DNA from: Candidatus Fermentibacterota bacterium
Lineage (GTDB): Bacteria; Fermentibacterota; Fermentibacteria; Fermentibacterales; Fermentibacteraceae
Length of the DNA: 59,287 nucleotides
Direction of reading: 5' to 3'
NCBI GenBank assembly: GCA_012523605.1
Contig: JAAYTY010000101.1
Span: 1-59,287, forward strand
Shown here piece after piece: positions 20,850 through 30,597 of the stretch (its first letter is position 1; each line of letters begins with the position of its first letter). The notes under the pieces were generated by a model. That model saw only the letters and a list, made by a program, of their open reading frames with translations, was not told where the DNA came from and did not search any database. The position numbers and the translations under genes were made by a program.

Positions 20850-20873
20850 GGGGGCGGCCCGCCGGCCGCCCCC
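20850..20873. terminator. GC-rich hairpin between convergent genes (probable terminator, best on the + strand)
   Basis: gggggcggcc (20850-20859), loop cgcc, ggccgccccc (20864-20873), followed by ttctt. Confidence 0.55.
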
Positions 20874-20892
20874 TTCTTCCCCGAACCCCGGA

Positions 20893-22521
20893 TCAGTCGT
20901 ACAGGGAAAAGGCTTCCGAGTCGCTCATTCTGTCTTCACTCAGTTCGACGTCCACCGTTCCGGCAGAGCCCTCGTAGAGGCCCCTCACGGTCAGGATCAC
21001 GCCGCCGGCCTGCTCGGTCGAGGGGTAGATGTGGAGGAGCGAATTGGGGTATCCGCCCCCGTCGTCGTCGGTGAGGAGGGTCCCGTCGGGCAATACGGCC
21101 TCTATGAAGGGGTCTATCGTCGAGTCGCCGGCCGAGTCTGTCGCTTCGGCGGAGACGGTATAGCTCCTCCCCGCGACGATGTCGAAGGTATAGGTGAGCC
21201 TGGGCGTATCGTAGCCTATGACTCCGCGCGAAACCCGTCCCGGGATCAGCGGGACGGGCCTGACGCTCGAGGGCTGGTAGCTGAAGTCCACCTCGCCGGA
21301 GCAGGTCTCGTCATAGGAGCTCACCATGGCCACGTATGTCCCCTGGGGCAGAACCCAGGTCAGTTTCGAGTCGGTGCTGGAGGAGGCGTCGTCGTTCGAG
21401 GCGATGTAGGTGACAGTGCCGTTCTGCTCCAGTCTCACTAGGGTCAGGAAGGTGTCCAGGACGTCGCTTCCGGCATTGATGTCGAAGATCCCGGACTGCC
21501 CGGCCCCGATCACGAACTCGAAGAAGGCGCAGGGCGTCGCGGCCGATACGGTGAGATCGTAGGGCTTGCTCTGGGTTATGTCCGGCCACACTCCCGCGGC
21601 GAGGCCGCGCCCAGGCTGAACCGTCCCCGTGAAGATGGCCCCCGGCATGTCGGCATTGACCTTTTCGGGCTCCAGTGCGGCGGAGTCGTATCTGGTCAGC
21701 GTCAGCGTGTAGTCTCCGTCGTCGTTCTCGCCGTAGCTCATGACCACTGCGCCGTACAGCCCCGGCTCGAGAACCTGGTCTATCCTCGAGTCGGTGTCGA
21801 AGGCGTAGTCGTCGCTGTAGCCGACGTACTCGTATTCGTCCGAGTCGATTTCCACGAGCGCGAGACTGGCGTCGAAGTCGTTCGAGGAGAGAGAAAGAGA
21901 TACGAGCTGCTCCTCCTCGATCGTGAAGGGGTGGATCACCGCCCCGGCATAGGAGCTCGCGTAGACGTAGTCTTCGAGATTGTCGGACAGCAGATCGTCC
22001 ATCAGATCGTCGTCCTTGTCGTCGACCCGCTCTCCCTCGAGAACGCCCGAGTCCAGGCTCGTGGCGGCCGTGAACTCGTCCAGATCGCTCTGGTCGGCCT
22101 CTTCGACCGAGAGATCGAACTCGCCTCCCCTGCCGTCCACGCCGAATACGAGCAGCGTGGAACCCCGCGGAAGTTCCGACACCACGACCCGCGCCGCAAG
22201 GTCGCCGTCCCAATCGTCGTTCATGCAGAGTACGGCGCCCTCTCTGTCGATGACTGCGAGCACCGGGTCGAAGTCGTCGCTCTCCACCGTGATCGCCATG
22301 TCGCGCCCGGAGGCGAGGGCGAAGCCCGCGCAACGGAAGTCGGCCTCGACGGGCCGTCCCATGCGGAAAAGCGCCTCTTCGGCATCCTCGCTGTAGGACT
22401 CCAGAGTCCTGTCGCGGGTTATCTCGCCGACCATCTCGTCGCCCGGCTTCAGCGCCCTTCCGCAGCCTCCCAGGACGAGCATGCCGGCGGCCGGGACCAG
22501 CAGCATCAGGATTCTCTTCAC
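20893..22521 (-). CDS. Acidic lipoprotein with four pre-peptidase-C-terminal (PPC)-like repeats
   Basis: 542-aa ORF with a GTG start and lipobox LVLGGC. Four roughly 100-aa units each carry ...DFD(P/A)xLAL(V)...(N/S)DD...G(T/L)Y...V...(D/E)Y(D/T)L signatures. Strongly Asp/Glu-rich. Confidence 0.7.
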   Translation of the reverse strand: MKRILMLLVPAAGMLVLGGCGRALKPGDEMVGEITRDRTLESYSEDAEEALFRMGRPVEADFRCAGFALASGRDMAITVESDDFDPVLAVIDREGAVLCMNDDWDGDLAARVVVSELPRGSTLLVFGVDGRGGEFDLSVEEADQSDLDEFTAATSLDSGVLEGERVDDKDDDLMDDLLSDNLEDYVYASSYAGAVIHPFTIEEEQLVSLSLSSNDFDASLALVEIDSDEYEYVGYSDDYAFDTDSRIDQVLEPGLYGAVVMSYGENDDGDYTLTLTRYDSAALEPEKVNADMPGAIFTGTVQPGRGLAAGVWPDITQSKPYDLTVSAATPCAFFEFVIGAGQSGIFDINAGSDVLDTFLTLVRLEQNGTVTYIASNDDASSSTDSKLTWVLPQGTYVAMVSSYDETCSGEVDFSYQPSSVRPVPLIPGRVSRGVIGYDTPRLTYTFDIVAGRSYTVSAEATDSAGDSTIDPFIEAVLPDGTLLTDDDGGGYPNSLLHIYPSTEQAGGVILTVRGLYEGSAGTVDVELSEDRMSDSEAFSLYD

Positions 22522-22572
22522 TTCGACACCCCTTCCCCCGCACCGGAGAACCGGCAGCGCTCCGCGGGCGGG

Positions 22573-23358
22573 CTAGTACGTGATCGGAATCTCCCTCCGC
22601 ACTGCGGGAGGAGAGACGGATGCATCCATCATCCTCAGCGTCAACGATTCAGCCGGGGCCACCTCGAGGTCAATGAACGAGGGCGGGAACAGAACGAGGG
22701 GCCGTGTGAGGGAGCCGGCATTGGCCGACGGTACCGGGCCGGGCAGGAGCAGCGGCACGTGGATGGTTCCGGACAGGAGCAGGTCGGCCTTTCTCTCGAG
22801 AAGCGCCGCAACGGCGCCGTCGAGGCAGTTGTCCCACCTCCCCGTCCTGCTGTGGGCGACGACGATGACCAGCGCGGAGTCGGGACAGTCTTCGAGAACC
22901 TCGGCCAGAAACTCCCTGGCGGCGGGAGTGAATGCCTCCAGCGGGTCGGCCGGCTGATCGGGGAAGTGGATGGATACGATCCGGACGTCTACACCCTCGA
23001 GTTCTAGCGATGCGGCATAGCTGCAGCCCTCGATACTTGCGAAGGATGCGGCGCCGTATCCGAGCAGGGGGAATCCCGCTCCCACGTCGGCCTGCGATCT
23101 GCCCCAGCAGGCGTTCTCGGCGTCGGCTACGGCAGGCCAGAATATCCCGGCGAAGGACGGCTCCGCCTCCAGGAAGCGGAGGAATGCACAGGACGGGTTT
23201 GACACGTGGTCTCCTGTCCCCACTATCGCGAGGGGGCCGACCGAGTCCACCCAGCAGGCGAAGTTGTCGAACGGCGGGGTGCCGGGGCCGTCGCCCTGGT
23301 TGTCGCCGAACACCGCGATGTGGAAGGCGGAGAGAAGGGCGGTGGCGAGCAGAATCAT
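22573..23358 (-). CDS. Secreted metallophosphoesterase-like protein
   Basis: C-terminal 261 codons of ORF 22573..24189, starting at the ATG at 23356-23358. Contains MILLATALLSAFHIAVFGDNQGD ... VGTGDHV ... VVAHS, consistent with calcineurin-like motifs. ATGA overlap with the rnd stop. Confidence 0.6.
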   Translation of the reverse strand: MILLATALLSAFHIAVFGDNQGDGPGTPPFDNFACWVDSVGPLAIVGTGDHVSNPSCAFLRFLEAEPSFAGIFWPAVADAENACWGRSQADVGAGFPLLGYGAASFASIEGCSYAASLELEGVDVRIVSIHFPDQPADPLEAFTPAAREFLAEVLEDCPDSALVIVVAHSRTGRWDNCLDGAVAALLERKADLLLSGTIHVPLLLPGPVPSANAGSLTRPLVLFPPSFIDLEVAPAESLTLRMMDASVSPPAVRREIPITY

Positions 23359-24563
23359 CTCGTTCTGATGAACTTCAGACCCCCCGCGGGTCCGCTTCCC
23401 ATGACCAGCGCCATTCTCCCCGTTAGGAGGGCCTCGAGTTCGTCGCCCAGGACCTCCATCCTCCATCCGGCGAGGCATCCCTGCCTGAGGCAATCCACGG
23501 CGGCGGTTCTGGGAAGGGCCGCCAGCTTCTCGAGAAAGTCGCGTGGAAGGAGCAGCGATGGGGCGATCTTCAACTGGTGCGCCTTCTGCTTCAGGTAGAT
23601 CCTGAGGATGTCGGCTCTGGCCGAGGCGCCTCCGTCCGGCCTTCTGACCGGGATTTCCGGAACGTCGGATGGAGGCGAATCGAGCGCATCTCTGACGACA
23701 GCCAGGACTTCCGCGCCCCACCTGGCCTGGAAACCTGATGGAAGCCCCCTCAGCCTGTCGAGACTGTCGGCGGTGGTCGGCGACATCGTCGCGAGCCTCG
23801 CGAGCATGGAGTCCGTCGCGATGTGGGCCCGGGGTCTGTCCATCTCCATGGCCCGCTCCTCGCGCCACTTCACGAGCGCCCACAGGACAGGCAGTCCCGA
23901 CTTCTTGAGCTTGCCCGCCGATCTGGCGCGCCGATACATCTCGGGAAGGTTCACCTCGTATGCGCCCGGCTCGGTGAGGGAGGCGGCCTCCAGCTCGTAC
24001 CAGGAGGACCTGCCCTTCCTCGCGAGCTGCTCCGAGAGCTTCGAGTGAAGCCCGTGGAGGTGCCTTACGTCGTCGAGCGCGTATTCGATCTGCTCCGGCG
24101 CCAGCGGCCGACGGGACCAGTCGCTGAGACAGAATGCCTTCCTCGCCCTGATACCGCAGACGTCCTGCAGGAGGTTGTAGAGACTGCACTGCTCGCCATA
24201 GCCGAGGAACGCAGCCGCGAGCTGAGTGTCGAAGACCCCTGTGAACTCGCAGGAAAGGTATTTCCTGAGGATTGCGATGTCGTTCCGGGAGGAGTGCATG
24301 ACCTTGACCACCGCCGGATCGGAGATCAGAGCGCGAAGGGGCGAGAGATCCCTTACCGCCAGCGGGTCCACCAGCCAGGCCCCGGTCGTGTCGGCCAGCT
24401 GGACGAGGAACAACTCCGGCCAGAAGCGTCTCTCGCTGTGGAACTCCGTGTCCAGAGCGACGGCGGGAGACCTGGAGAGGCGATTGCAGAGGTCCGTAAG
24501 AGCCTCCCGGCTTTCCACGAGCGTATCAGCCGCTTCCGCGGCTCCGATCCGGTGGGCCTGCAT
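23355..24563 (-). CDS. rnd: Ribonuclease D (DEDDy 3'-5' exonuclease + HRDC)
   Basis: 402 codons from the ATG at 24561-24563 within ORF 23355..25019. Contains VALDTEFHSERRFWPELFLVQLA, VMHSSRNDIAIL, FDTQLAA, YALDDVRHL and an HRDC-like tail. Confidence 0.9.
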   Translation of the reverse strand: MQAHRIGAAEAADTLVESREALTDLCNRLSRSPAVALDTEFHSERRFWPELFLVQLADTTGAWLVDPLAVRDLSPLRALISDPAVVKVMHSSRNDIAILRKYLSCEFTGVFDTQLAAAFLGYGEQCSLYNLLQDVCGIRARKAFCLSDWSRRPLAPEQIEYALDDVRHLHGLHSKLSEQLARKGRSSWYELEAASLTEPGAYEVNLPEMYRRARSAGKLKKSGLPVLWALVKWREERAMEMDRPRAHIATDSMLARLATMSPTTADSLDRLRGLPSGFQARWGAEVLAVVRDALDSPPSDVPEIPVRRPDGGASARADILRIYLKQKAHQLKIAPSLLLPRDFLEKLAALPRTAAVDCLRQGCLAGWRMEVLGDELEALLTGRMALVMGSGPAGGLKFIRTR

Positions 24564-24571
24564 GCTGTCGC

Positions 24572-25348
24572 TCACGGCAGGACAGGCGTGCCGGCCCGGT
24601 GAAAGGGACAGAAGACCATCGAATCCGAAATCACGTAGAAGCTGTATCCATCGTCGGGGCACCTGTAGCCGCCGGGCTGGCCGTACTGCCCTCCGCCCTC
24701 CTCCCACATCTCCTCGAAGCTCGTCGGCATCGGATGGCCGCCGGCAACGTAGGCGGCCACCTCGGATGCCGCTACAGCCCTGCGGTCCGCGCAGGCTCCG
24801 CCGCCGATCTCCAAACCCTCGCCGAGATGGCCGGCAGGGCAGACGAGAAGGCGGCCGGTGGCGTCCATTCCGTAGGGAAGGCCCGTCACGGGACAGAAGA
24901 AGGAATCCGCGGGGGTTCCGGACATGACGGCGGGAGCAATCGAGAGAGCGTAGCTGCGGCAGAGCGCCGGGGCCGATCCCATGACTCTGTCCAGGAAGGT
25001 ATCCCCGGACACCCTCCATAGGTCGTTCTCGCGCCTCAGCCAGATGGTTCTGCTGCCACCGCCCTGCTCGGGGACGAGAACCTGGAAGCCCCTCTCGTCC
25101 CGCCCGCCGAGTACGGGGCCGCCGACGGCCCGCCGGACGCCGCCTGCCGCGAAAACTTCCGGCCTTGCTAGATCCGAAAGACTGTCCGTCATCAGCGCAG
25201 AGGCGGCGGCGGGATCGCTTCCGGAAAGCTCGGCGTATTCGAGAGCGGTCTTTCTGAGGGCAGACCCCGGAGGGTCGAGGAGGCCGGCTGCCGCGAGGAG
25301 CACTGCGGCGGCCAGAGGCACGGCGGCGGCGGAGATGCGCCTCGTCAT
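24572..25348 (-). CDS. Secreted hypothetical protein with two CP...CP.(G)H knuckle pairs
   Basis: ATG at 25346-25348 overlaps the upstream stop (ATGA). Signal-like MTRRISAAAVPLAAAVLLAAAG. Contains FFCPVTG...LVCPAGH and YRCPDDG...VFCPFH. Confidence 0.55.
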   Translation of the reverse strand: MTRRISAAAVPLAAAVLLAAAGLLDPPGSALRKTALEYAELSGSDPAAASALMTDSLSDLARPEVFAAGGVRRAVGGPVLGGRDERGFQVLVPEQGGGSRTIWLRRENDLWRVSGDTFLDRVMGSAPALCRSYALSIAPAVMSGTPADSFFCPVTGLPYGMDATGRLLVCPAGHLGEGLEIGGGACADRRAVAASEVAAYVAGGHPMPTSFEEMWEEGGGQYGQPGGYRCPDDGYSFYVISDSMVFCPFHRAGTPVLP

Positions 25349-26244
25349 CTCGATCCGCCGAATCCGAACAGATCGGTGAAGTCGATGCCGAGGCCTGTTA
25401 TGGCGATCCCCCACTCCTTGTTCGTGTTCTCGCCCGAGAGTCTGTAGTAGATGTCCCCCCTTACGCCCGACGAGTTCGCGAGATCGAAGCCCGCCCTGAG
25501 GTCGAGCTCGGTCCGCCCCGTATAGTCGAGGTCCTCCCAGCCGTCACCGAAGTCGGCGCGAGTGTCCCCGCGCGTCGCGGCCTCGAGCCCGATTCTCAGG
25601 TCCAGCTCGGGATTGGCCTCGAACACCAGGAATCCAGTGCCCCTGAGTTCGACGGGGGGGCGCGTGTCCGCGGAATCCCTGGGCGAGGTGGGAAGGGCGC
25701 TCCATGCCGCGAAGAAGTACCTGAGCCCGGCGGTGGCGCGGACAAGCATGCCCGGGCCGGAGAGGGGGCTCTCGACAGTGACGGACCCGTCGAGCGCCAT
25801 GTGCGGATCGCCCTCCCTGTAGTCGCCGGACTCGAGATAGCCCTTGAGAGGGATTCGGAGGGCGCCTCTGGCGATTATCATGGGATTCCGCTCGATCCAG
25901 CCGTCGAGGGTGATCCACGGGTCGGCGATGCCCCCGCCGGTCGAATCGCTGCCGGAGATCTGTATGTAGAGGGGGATGACGACCCCAACGGTATGGCTGT
26001 TCGTAAGACCGTACGATCCGGTCGCCAGCAGGCGGAGAACCGACAGGGAGGGATCGAGGTCGTACTCCAGGCTCTCCCCGGTGGAATCGGTCCTCCAGTA
26101 GCTGCCGGAGCTGAAGAATCCGATCGCGATGTCCCCGTCGGTCTCCATCGAATGCAGCACGGATGAGCGGTTCTGATAGTAGAGCGGATCCCAGGCGAGA
26201 ACGGCTCCGGCGATCAGGACGGCTGCAAGCAGGTGTCTTCCCAT
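25345..26244 (-). CDS. Hypothetical outer-membrane beta-barrel-like protein
   Basis: Signal peptide MGRHLLAAVLIAGAVLA (ATG at 26244 preceded by GGAGGGAG; ATG at 26262 is the alternative start). Alternating amphipathic strands are rich in Gly, Tyr, Asp and Arg. Confidence 0.55.
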   Translation of the reverse strand: MGRHLLAAVLIAGAVLAWDPLYYQNRSSVLHSMETDGDIAIGFFSSGSYWRTDSTGESLEYDLDPSLSVLRLLATGSYGLTNSHTVGVVIPLYIQISGSDSTGGGIADPWITLDGWIERNPMIIARGALRIPLKGYLESGDYREGDPHMALDGSVTVESPLSGPGMLVRATAGLRYFFAAWSALPTSPRDSADTRPPVELRGTGFLVFEANPELDLRIGLEAATRGDTRADFGDGWEDLDYTGRTELDLRAGFDLANSSGVRGDIYYRLSGENTNKEWGIAITGLGIDFTDLFGFGGSR

Positions 26245-26263
26245 GAGTCCAGCTCCCTCCATT

Positions 26264-26545
26264 TCATCCCCTGCCGTCCCGCAGGATCGTGAACCCCTCC
26301 ACGCCGGGTTCGGGGCACGGGAACGCGGATACGCCCGAGACCTCCGAGGCGGAGGGGCCCTTCAGGCAGAGTTCCATCATCTCGTCAAGCGACTCCCGTT
26401 CGCCGGAGACCACCAGCTCCACGGAACCGTCAGGAAGATTGCGCACATGGCCCGAGAGCCCCAGCCGCGAGGCGTGCCTGGCCGCCCACCAGCGGAATCC
26501 CACGCCCTGGACCAGGCCCCGGACAACCATTCGCAACGCAGGCAT
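26264..26545 (-). CDS. acyP: Acylphosphatase
   Basis: 93 codons from the ATG at 26543-26545: MPALRMVVRGLVQGVGFRWWAARHASRLGLSGHVRNLPDGSVELVVSGE. Confidence 0.85.
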   Translation of the reverse strand: MPALRMVVRGLVQGVGFRWWAARHASRLGLSGHVRNLPDGSVELVVSGERESLDEMMELCLKGPSASEVSGVSAFPCPEPGVEGFTILRDGRG

Positions 26546-26645
26546 CGTCTTCTCCGGCTTGGAGCCATTCCACCCCATTGACACGACCCGGGCGATCGGT
26601 GTCATATATGTTGTTCTGTATCCTGTCATCAAGAGGAGGGCAAGC

Positions 26646-28649
26646 ATGAAGTTGTACGGTTTCCTGGCACTCGCGATACTTGTTCTCGCGCAGACCGCCA
26701 TGGCGATCCCCTCGTTCATGGGCTACAGCGGCATAAACCGCATAGTCTCCGCGAGACCCCTGGAGCAGGGCGGCATCGCCTTCGGCATCATGTCCAAGTA
26801 CTGGGCGAGCACCAACGAGATAGACGGCCTGGTATTCAATTACTACGGCCCCGACTACAGTGACACGCTGGATGTCTCCGACAAGGAGCACTATGCCGAC
26901 GGCTACTTCATCGTCGGCTACGGCGTCACGGACTTCCTCGAGCTGGGCGCCAGGCTGTCCTACGTTCTGAGCTGGTACGAGCGCGACATGGTCCAGCCCC
27001 GCGGCCTCATCACCGGCCGCTGGGACGGCGTGGACGGGCTCGGCGATCTCCAGGTGGGTATGAAGCTCGGCTTCACGCCGACCACCGACACCGGCCTCCT
27101 CTGGCTGGGCCTGCAGAACTGGTGGTCGTTCGCCCCCAGTTCCAACGACCTGGCTCTCTGCGAGGACTACTGCGGCCGCTGGTTCGACGACCAGCCGATG
27201 TACGAGATGCGCAGGCCCTTCATCTCAACCGGGCATACGAGCTACGGCATTGGAAGCCTGATCACGTTCGACCTGGCGAAGATCTCCCCCGGGGCGCCCC
27301 TGCGCTTCCACAGCAACGTCGGGTACTCCCACTACAAGCAGTCGTTCGACATGACCGACTTCCGCTACAACTACACTCCCGACAGCGTCTATTTCTACGA
27401 CAGCACCGAGGTCGCGCTCGACGTCGAGGACAACGTTCTCGACCTCGGCTTCGGCATGGAGTTCCCGACCCAGTACGCGATCGTCTTCGTCGAGTACTCC
27501 CTCAAGGAATGCCTCGACCGCAACGGCCAGAACTCCGTCGCCTATCTCACTCCGGGGCTCCGCTTCATCACCCGCAGCGGCGCGTTCATGGACGTGTCCT
27601 TCGATCTCGGCCTGACCGAGTTCGATCCGCTCTACCACGACCTCGGCCACGCCATCTACAGTGACACCGGAGTGGTGACCGAGGACGAGAGGGCCGAGCG
27701 CTCTCCGTTCCCGTTCGCCGCCAGCAACGACTGGGGCATCGGCGTGTCCCTGGCCTTCTCCAGCGACCTGATCCCCGGTGAGCGGGCCCCCGAGCCCGGC
27801 AGGATCTCCGGCATGGTCACCGACATGGAGACCGGAGCCGGCCTGGCTGCCACCCTCAGCTTCCCGGGCACCACTATCGCCAGCGTCCAGACCGATCCGG
27901 TCACAGGCTACTACACAGTCACGGCGGGCACAGGCACTATCCCGATCACCGTCGAGGCCGAGGGCTACCAGCCCGGCTCCGCGACCGTCGTGCTCGAGGC
28001 CGACCAGTCCATAGTCAAGGACTTCATGATGCGCCCGGTCGCCGAACCCGGCATGGTCACCGGCGTAGTGGCCGACGCCGAGACGGGAGATCCGCTGATC
28101 GCCACCATCTCGGTGCCCGACCTGCCCGAAGTCGCCCCTGTGACCTCGGGCTCCGACGGAGTGTACCAGATCTCCGTCCCGGCCGGCACCTGGACCATCA
28201 AGTGCGAGGCGACCGACCACATCGGCAAGTCCCTGCCGGCCGTCATCAACGCCGGTCAGAGCACCGTGCTGAACTTCGATCTCAGACCCGCTCTCGTACA
28301 GGGGCAGGTGCTGAGGTTCAACAACATCTACTTCGACGTCGCCAGCGCCAACATCAAGCCGGAGTCCTACCCGGTCCTCGACCAGATCGTGGCGACCCTC
28401 CTCGAGAACCCCAACGCCAGGGTCCAGATCGCGGGCCACACCGACTCCGACGGCAGCAACGAGTACAACCAGACCCTGAGCGAGCAGAGGGCCGCCTCGG
28501 TGTTCAACTACCTGGTCAGCCACGGCGTCAACGCGCGCAACCTGACCACGATCGGCTTCGGCGAGACCCAGCCGGTCGTCCCGAACACATCGTCGGCCAA
28601 CAAGGCCCAGAACCGCCGGATCGAGTTCACGGTCCTGTCCGTGAACTGA
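26646..28649 (+). CDS. OmpA-family outer-membrane protein: N-terminal barrel-like region, two CarboxypepD_reg-like Ig domains, OmpA_C peptidoglycan-binding domain
   Basis: ATG at 26646 after AGGAGG. Signal peptide MKLYGFLALAILVLAQTAMA. Contains ISGMVTDMETGAGL... and VTGVVADAETGDPL..., and the C-terminus NIYFDVASANIKPESYPVLDQIV...IAGHTDSDGSNEYNQTLSEQRAASV...NRRIEF. Confidence 0.85.
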   Translation: MKLYGFLALAILVLAQTAMAIPSFMGYSGINRIVSARPLEQGGIAFGIMSKYWASTNEIDGLVFNYYGPDYSDTLDVSDKEHYADGYFIVGYGVTDFLELGARLSYVLSWYERDMVQPRGLITGRWDGVDGLGDLQVGMKLGFTPTTDTGLLWLGLQNWWSFAPSSNDLALCEDYCGRWFDDQPMYEMRRPFISTGHTSYGIGSLITFDLAKISPGAPLRFHSNVGYSHYKQSFDMTDFRYNYTPDSVYFYDSTEVALDVEDNVLDLGFGMEFPTQYAIVFVEYSLKECLDRNGQNSVAYLTPGLRFITRSGAFMDVSFDLGLTEFDPLYHDLGHAIYSDTGVVTEDERAERSPFPFAASNDWGIGVSLAFSSDLIPGERAPEPGRISGMVTDMETGAGLAATLSFPGTTIASVQTDPVTGYYTVTAGTGTIPITVEAEGYQPGSATVVLEADQSIVKDFMMRPVAEPGMVTGVVADAETGDPLIATISVPDLPEVAPVTSGSDGVYQISVPAGTWTIKCEATDHIGKSLPAVINAGQSTVLNFDLRPALVQGQVLRFNNIYFDVASANIKPESYPVLDQIVATLLENPNARVQIAGHTDSDGSNEYNQTLSEQRAASVFNYLVSHGVNARNLTTIGFGETQPVVPNTSSANKAQNRRIEFTVLSVN

Positions 28650-28666
28650 GCGGCGCGGCAGCGCGG

Positions 28667-28694
28667 GGGGCGGCCCTCCTGGGCCGCCCCTTTT
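28667..28694 (+). terminator. Intrinsic terminator after the first OmpA-like gene
   Basis: ggggcggccc (28667-28676), loop tcct, gggccgcccc (28681-28690), then tttt (28691-28694). Confidence 0.8.
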
Positions 28695-28719
28695 GCGTGA
28701 TGGAGGTCACGAGGAAGCA

Positions 28720-30597
28720 ATGCACAGACCGCCCGTCCTTCTGATCGCCCTGCTGGCCCTGTCGGGAGCTGGCTCCGCTCTTCCGGGACAGCTGGGGCTG
28801 CGCGGCCTCTACAGGGTGGTTGACGCGAGGACACCGCCCCCGGGCGCCCTGTCGTCGTCCATCTGGTTCCTGTACCAGACGGCTGCCGTCCGCGACAGCG
28901 TGGCATACATCCCGCCGTTCCAGCCGGAGATAGACACAGTGCTGGCCATCGAGGACACCGAGCACTACGCCGACGCCTCGGTGCAGTTCGGGGTTGGAAT
29001 CGACGAGAACTTCGAGGCGGCCATCACGCTGTCGGGACAGGCGTCGGCCTGGCAGTACGACCAGACGCCTCCGCGGGGCAATCAGCTGGGGATGCTCGAC
29101 GCCGTATGGGGATTCACGGATGTAACTCTGGCGGGCAAGTACAGCAGGCTCCTCCAGGAGGACATGACCTACGGCGGCCTCCTGTGGCTGTCCATCCCGA
29201 CCGGACCGGCCTTCGCCGACACCGCCGCTGACTACGACGGATACTGGTACGCCGGCGACATCATGCACGAGGTCAGGCGCCCCTACATCGGCACGGGCGG
29301 CGTGGGATTCGGAATCGCCGGGCTCTTCACCTACGAGTCGCCCTACGGCGACGCCCTGGGGAACCTGGGTGTCTCGAACTACCGCCAGGAGGTGCAGGAT
29401 CCCGTGCTCGGAACGATGAGGCGCACCGACACGGCCCTGGATTTCGCCGCCGGATACCAGTACAGGACGGACTTCGCCCTGCTTTACACGGAGCTCGCCA
29501 TGAAGGCCTTCCTCGGCCGCGGAGACGACCCCGGCTATCACATGCCTGCCTGGTTCATGCTGGGGATCCGCGCATACCAGCGCTCGGGCGCATGGCTGGA
29601 TCTCGCGGTCCAGCTCGGTCTCACCTCCCACGACAGGGACGAATGCAACCCCTACGAGACCGGCTGGATGGCGGTTCCGAAGGGCGTGCCGGGAACGATC
29701 GGCGTGCTCCTCAGCCTGGGCTGGGACTCCGGCATGGCGGCGCAGACCGGAGGCAGGGGCAACCTCGGTGGCCTGGTGCTGAACGCATCGACCGGGGAGC
29801 CGCTGTCCGCCACGGTCAGCTTCCCCGGGTCGTCGGTGGAGTCTGTGGAATCGGATCCCGTGACGGGCTTCTACAGGGTTGATGCACCGGAGGGTGTGCA
29901 TATCGTGAGCGCCGCTGCAGAGGGCTTCAGGACGGTCGTCGCCTCGGTCGCGGTGCCTGCGGACGGGCCCGCCTCGCTCGACTTCCGTCTCCAGCCGGCC
30001 GCTCCGCAGACGGGGACGGTCACGGGAGTGGTCACCGACGGCGACACGGGCATGCCGCTGGTGGCGACCATCTCGGCGGAGGGATCGGGCGTCTCGGTGA
30101 CCTCCGGGCCGGACGGGCGCTTCAGCATGGATCTCCCCGGCGGGGCCTGGACTCTCCGGGTGACGGCCGAGGGGCACAACCAGTCCATGGTGCAGGTGCA
30201 GGTTGCACCCGGAGGCTCTACACCCGTCTCTTCTTCGCTCACCGCCGCTCTGGTGAGCGGCCAGGTGATGAGCTTCGCCAACATCTACTTCGACTCGGGC
30301 AGCGCCACCATCAAGACCGAGTCCTACTCGGTCCTGGACGGCATAGCCGATCTCCTGATCGCAAATTCCTCGGCGAGGATCGAGGTGTCGGGGCACACCG
30401 ACTCGCAGGGCAGCGAGTCATCGAACCAGAGCCTCAGCGAGCGCAGGGCGGCCGCGGTGAAGGACTACCTGGTGCGCAGAGGGGTCCCTGCCTCGATGCT
30501 GACCGTCGTGGGCTACGGTGAGACGCGGCCTGTAGCGACGAACGATACCGCGGACGGCCGCGCCCGCAACCGAAGAATCGAGTTCCGCGTGCTCTAG
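28720..30597 (+). CDS. OmpA-family outer-membrane protein, tandem paralog of 26646..28649
   Basis: ATG at 28720. Signal peptide MHRPPVLLIALLALSGAGSA. Same architecture as its neighbour: two Ig-like domains (LGGLVLNASTGEPL, VTGVVTDGDTGMPL) and an OmpA_C end (NIYFDSGSATIKTESYSVLD...VSGHTDSQGSESSNQSLSERRAAAV...NRRIEF). Confidence 0.85.
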   Translation: MHRPPVLLIALLALSGAGSALPGQLGLRGLYRVVDARTPPPGALSSSIWFLYQTAAVRDSVAYIPPFQPEIDTVLAIEDTEHYADASVQFGVGIDENFEAAITLSGQASAWQYDQTPPRGNQLGMLDAVWGFTDVTLAGKYSRLLQEDMTYGGLLWLSIPTGPAFADTAADYDGYWYAGDIMHEVRRPYIGTGGVGFGIAGLFTYESPYGDALGNLGVSNYRQEVQDPVLGTMRRTDTALDFAAGYQYRTDFALLYTELAMKAFLGRGDDPGYHMPAWFMLGIRAYQRSGAWLDLAVQLGLTSHDRDECNPYETGWMAVPKGVPGTIGVLLSLGWDSGMAAQTGGRGNLGGLVLNASTGEPLSATVSFPGSSVESVESDPVTGFYRVDAPEGVHIVSAAAEGFRTVVASVAVPADGPASLDFRLQPAAPQTGTVTGVVTDGDTGMPLVATISAEGSGVSVTSGPDGRFSMDLPGGAWTLRVTAEGHNQSMVQVQVAPGGSTPVSSSLTAALVSGQVMSFANIYFDSGSATIKTESYSVLDGIADLLIANSSARIEVSGHTDSQGSESSNQSLSERRAAAVKDYLVRRGVPASMLTVVGYGETRPVATNDTADGRARNRRIEFRVL

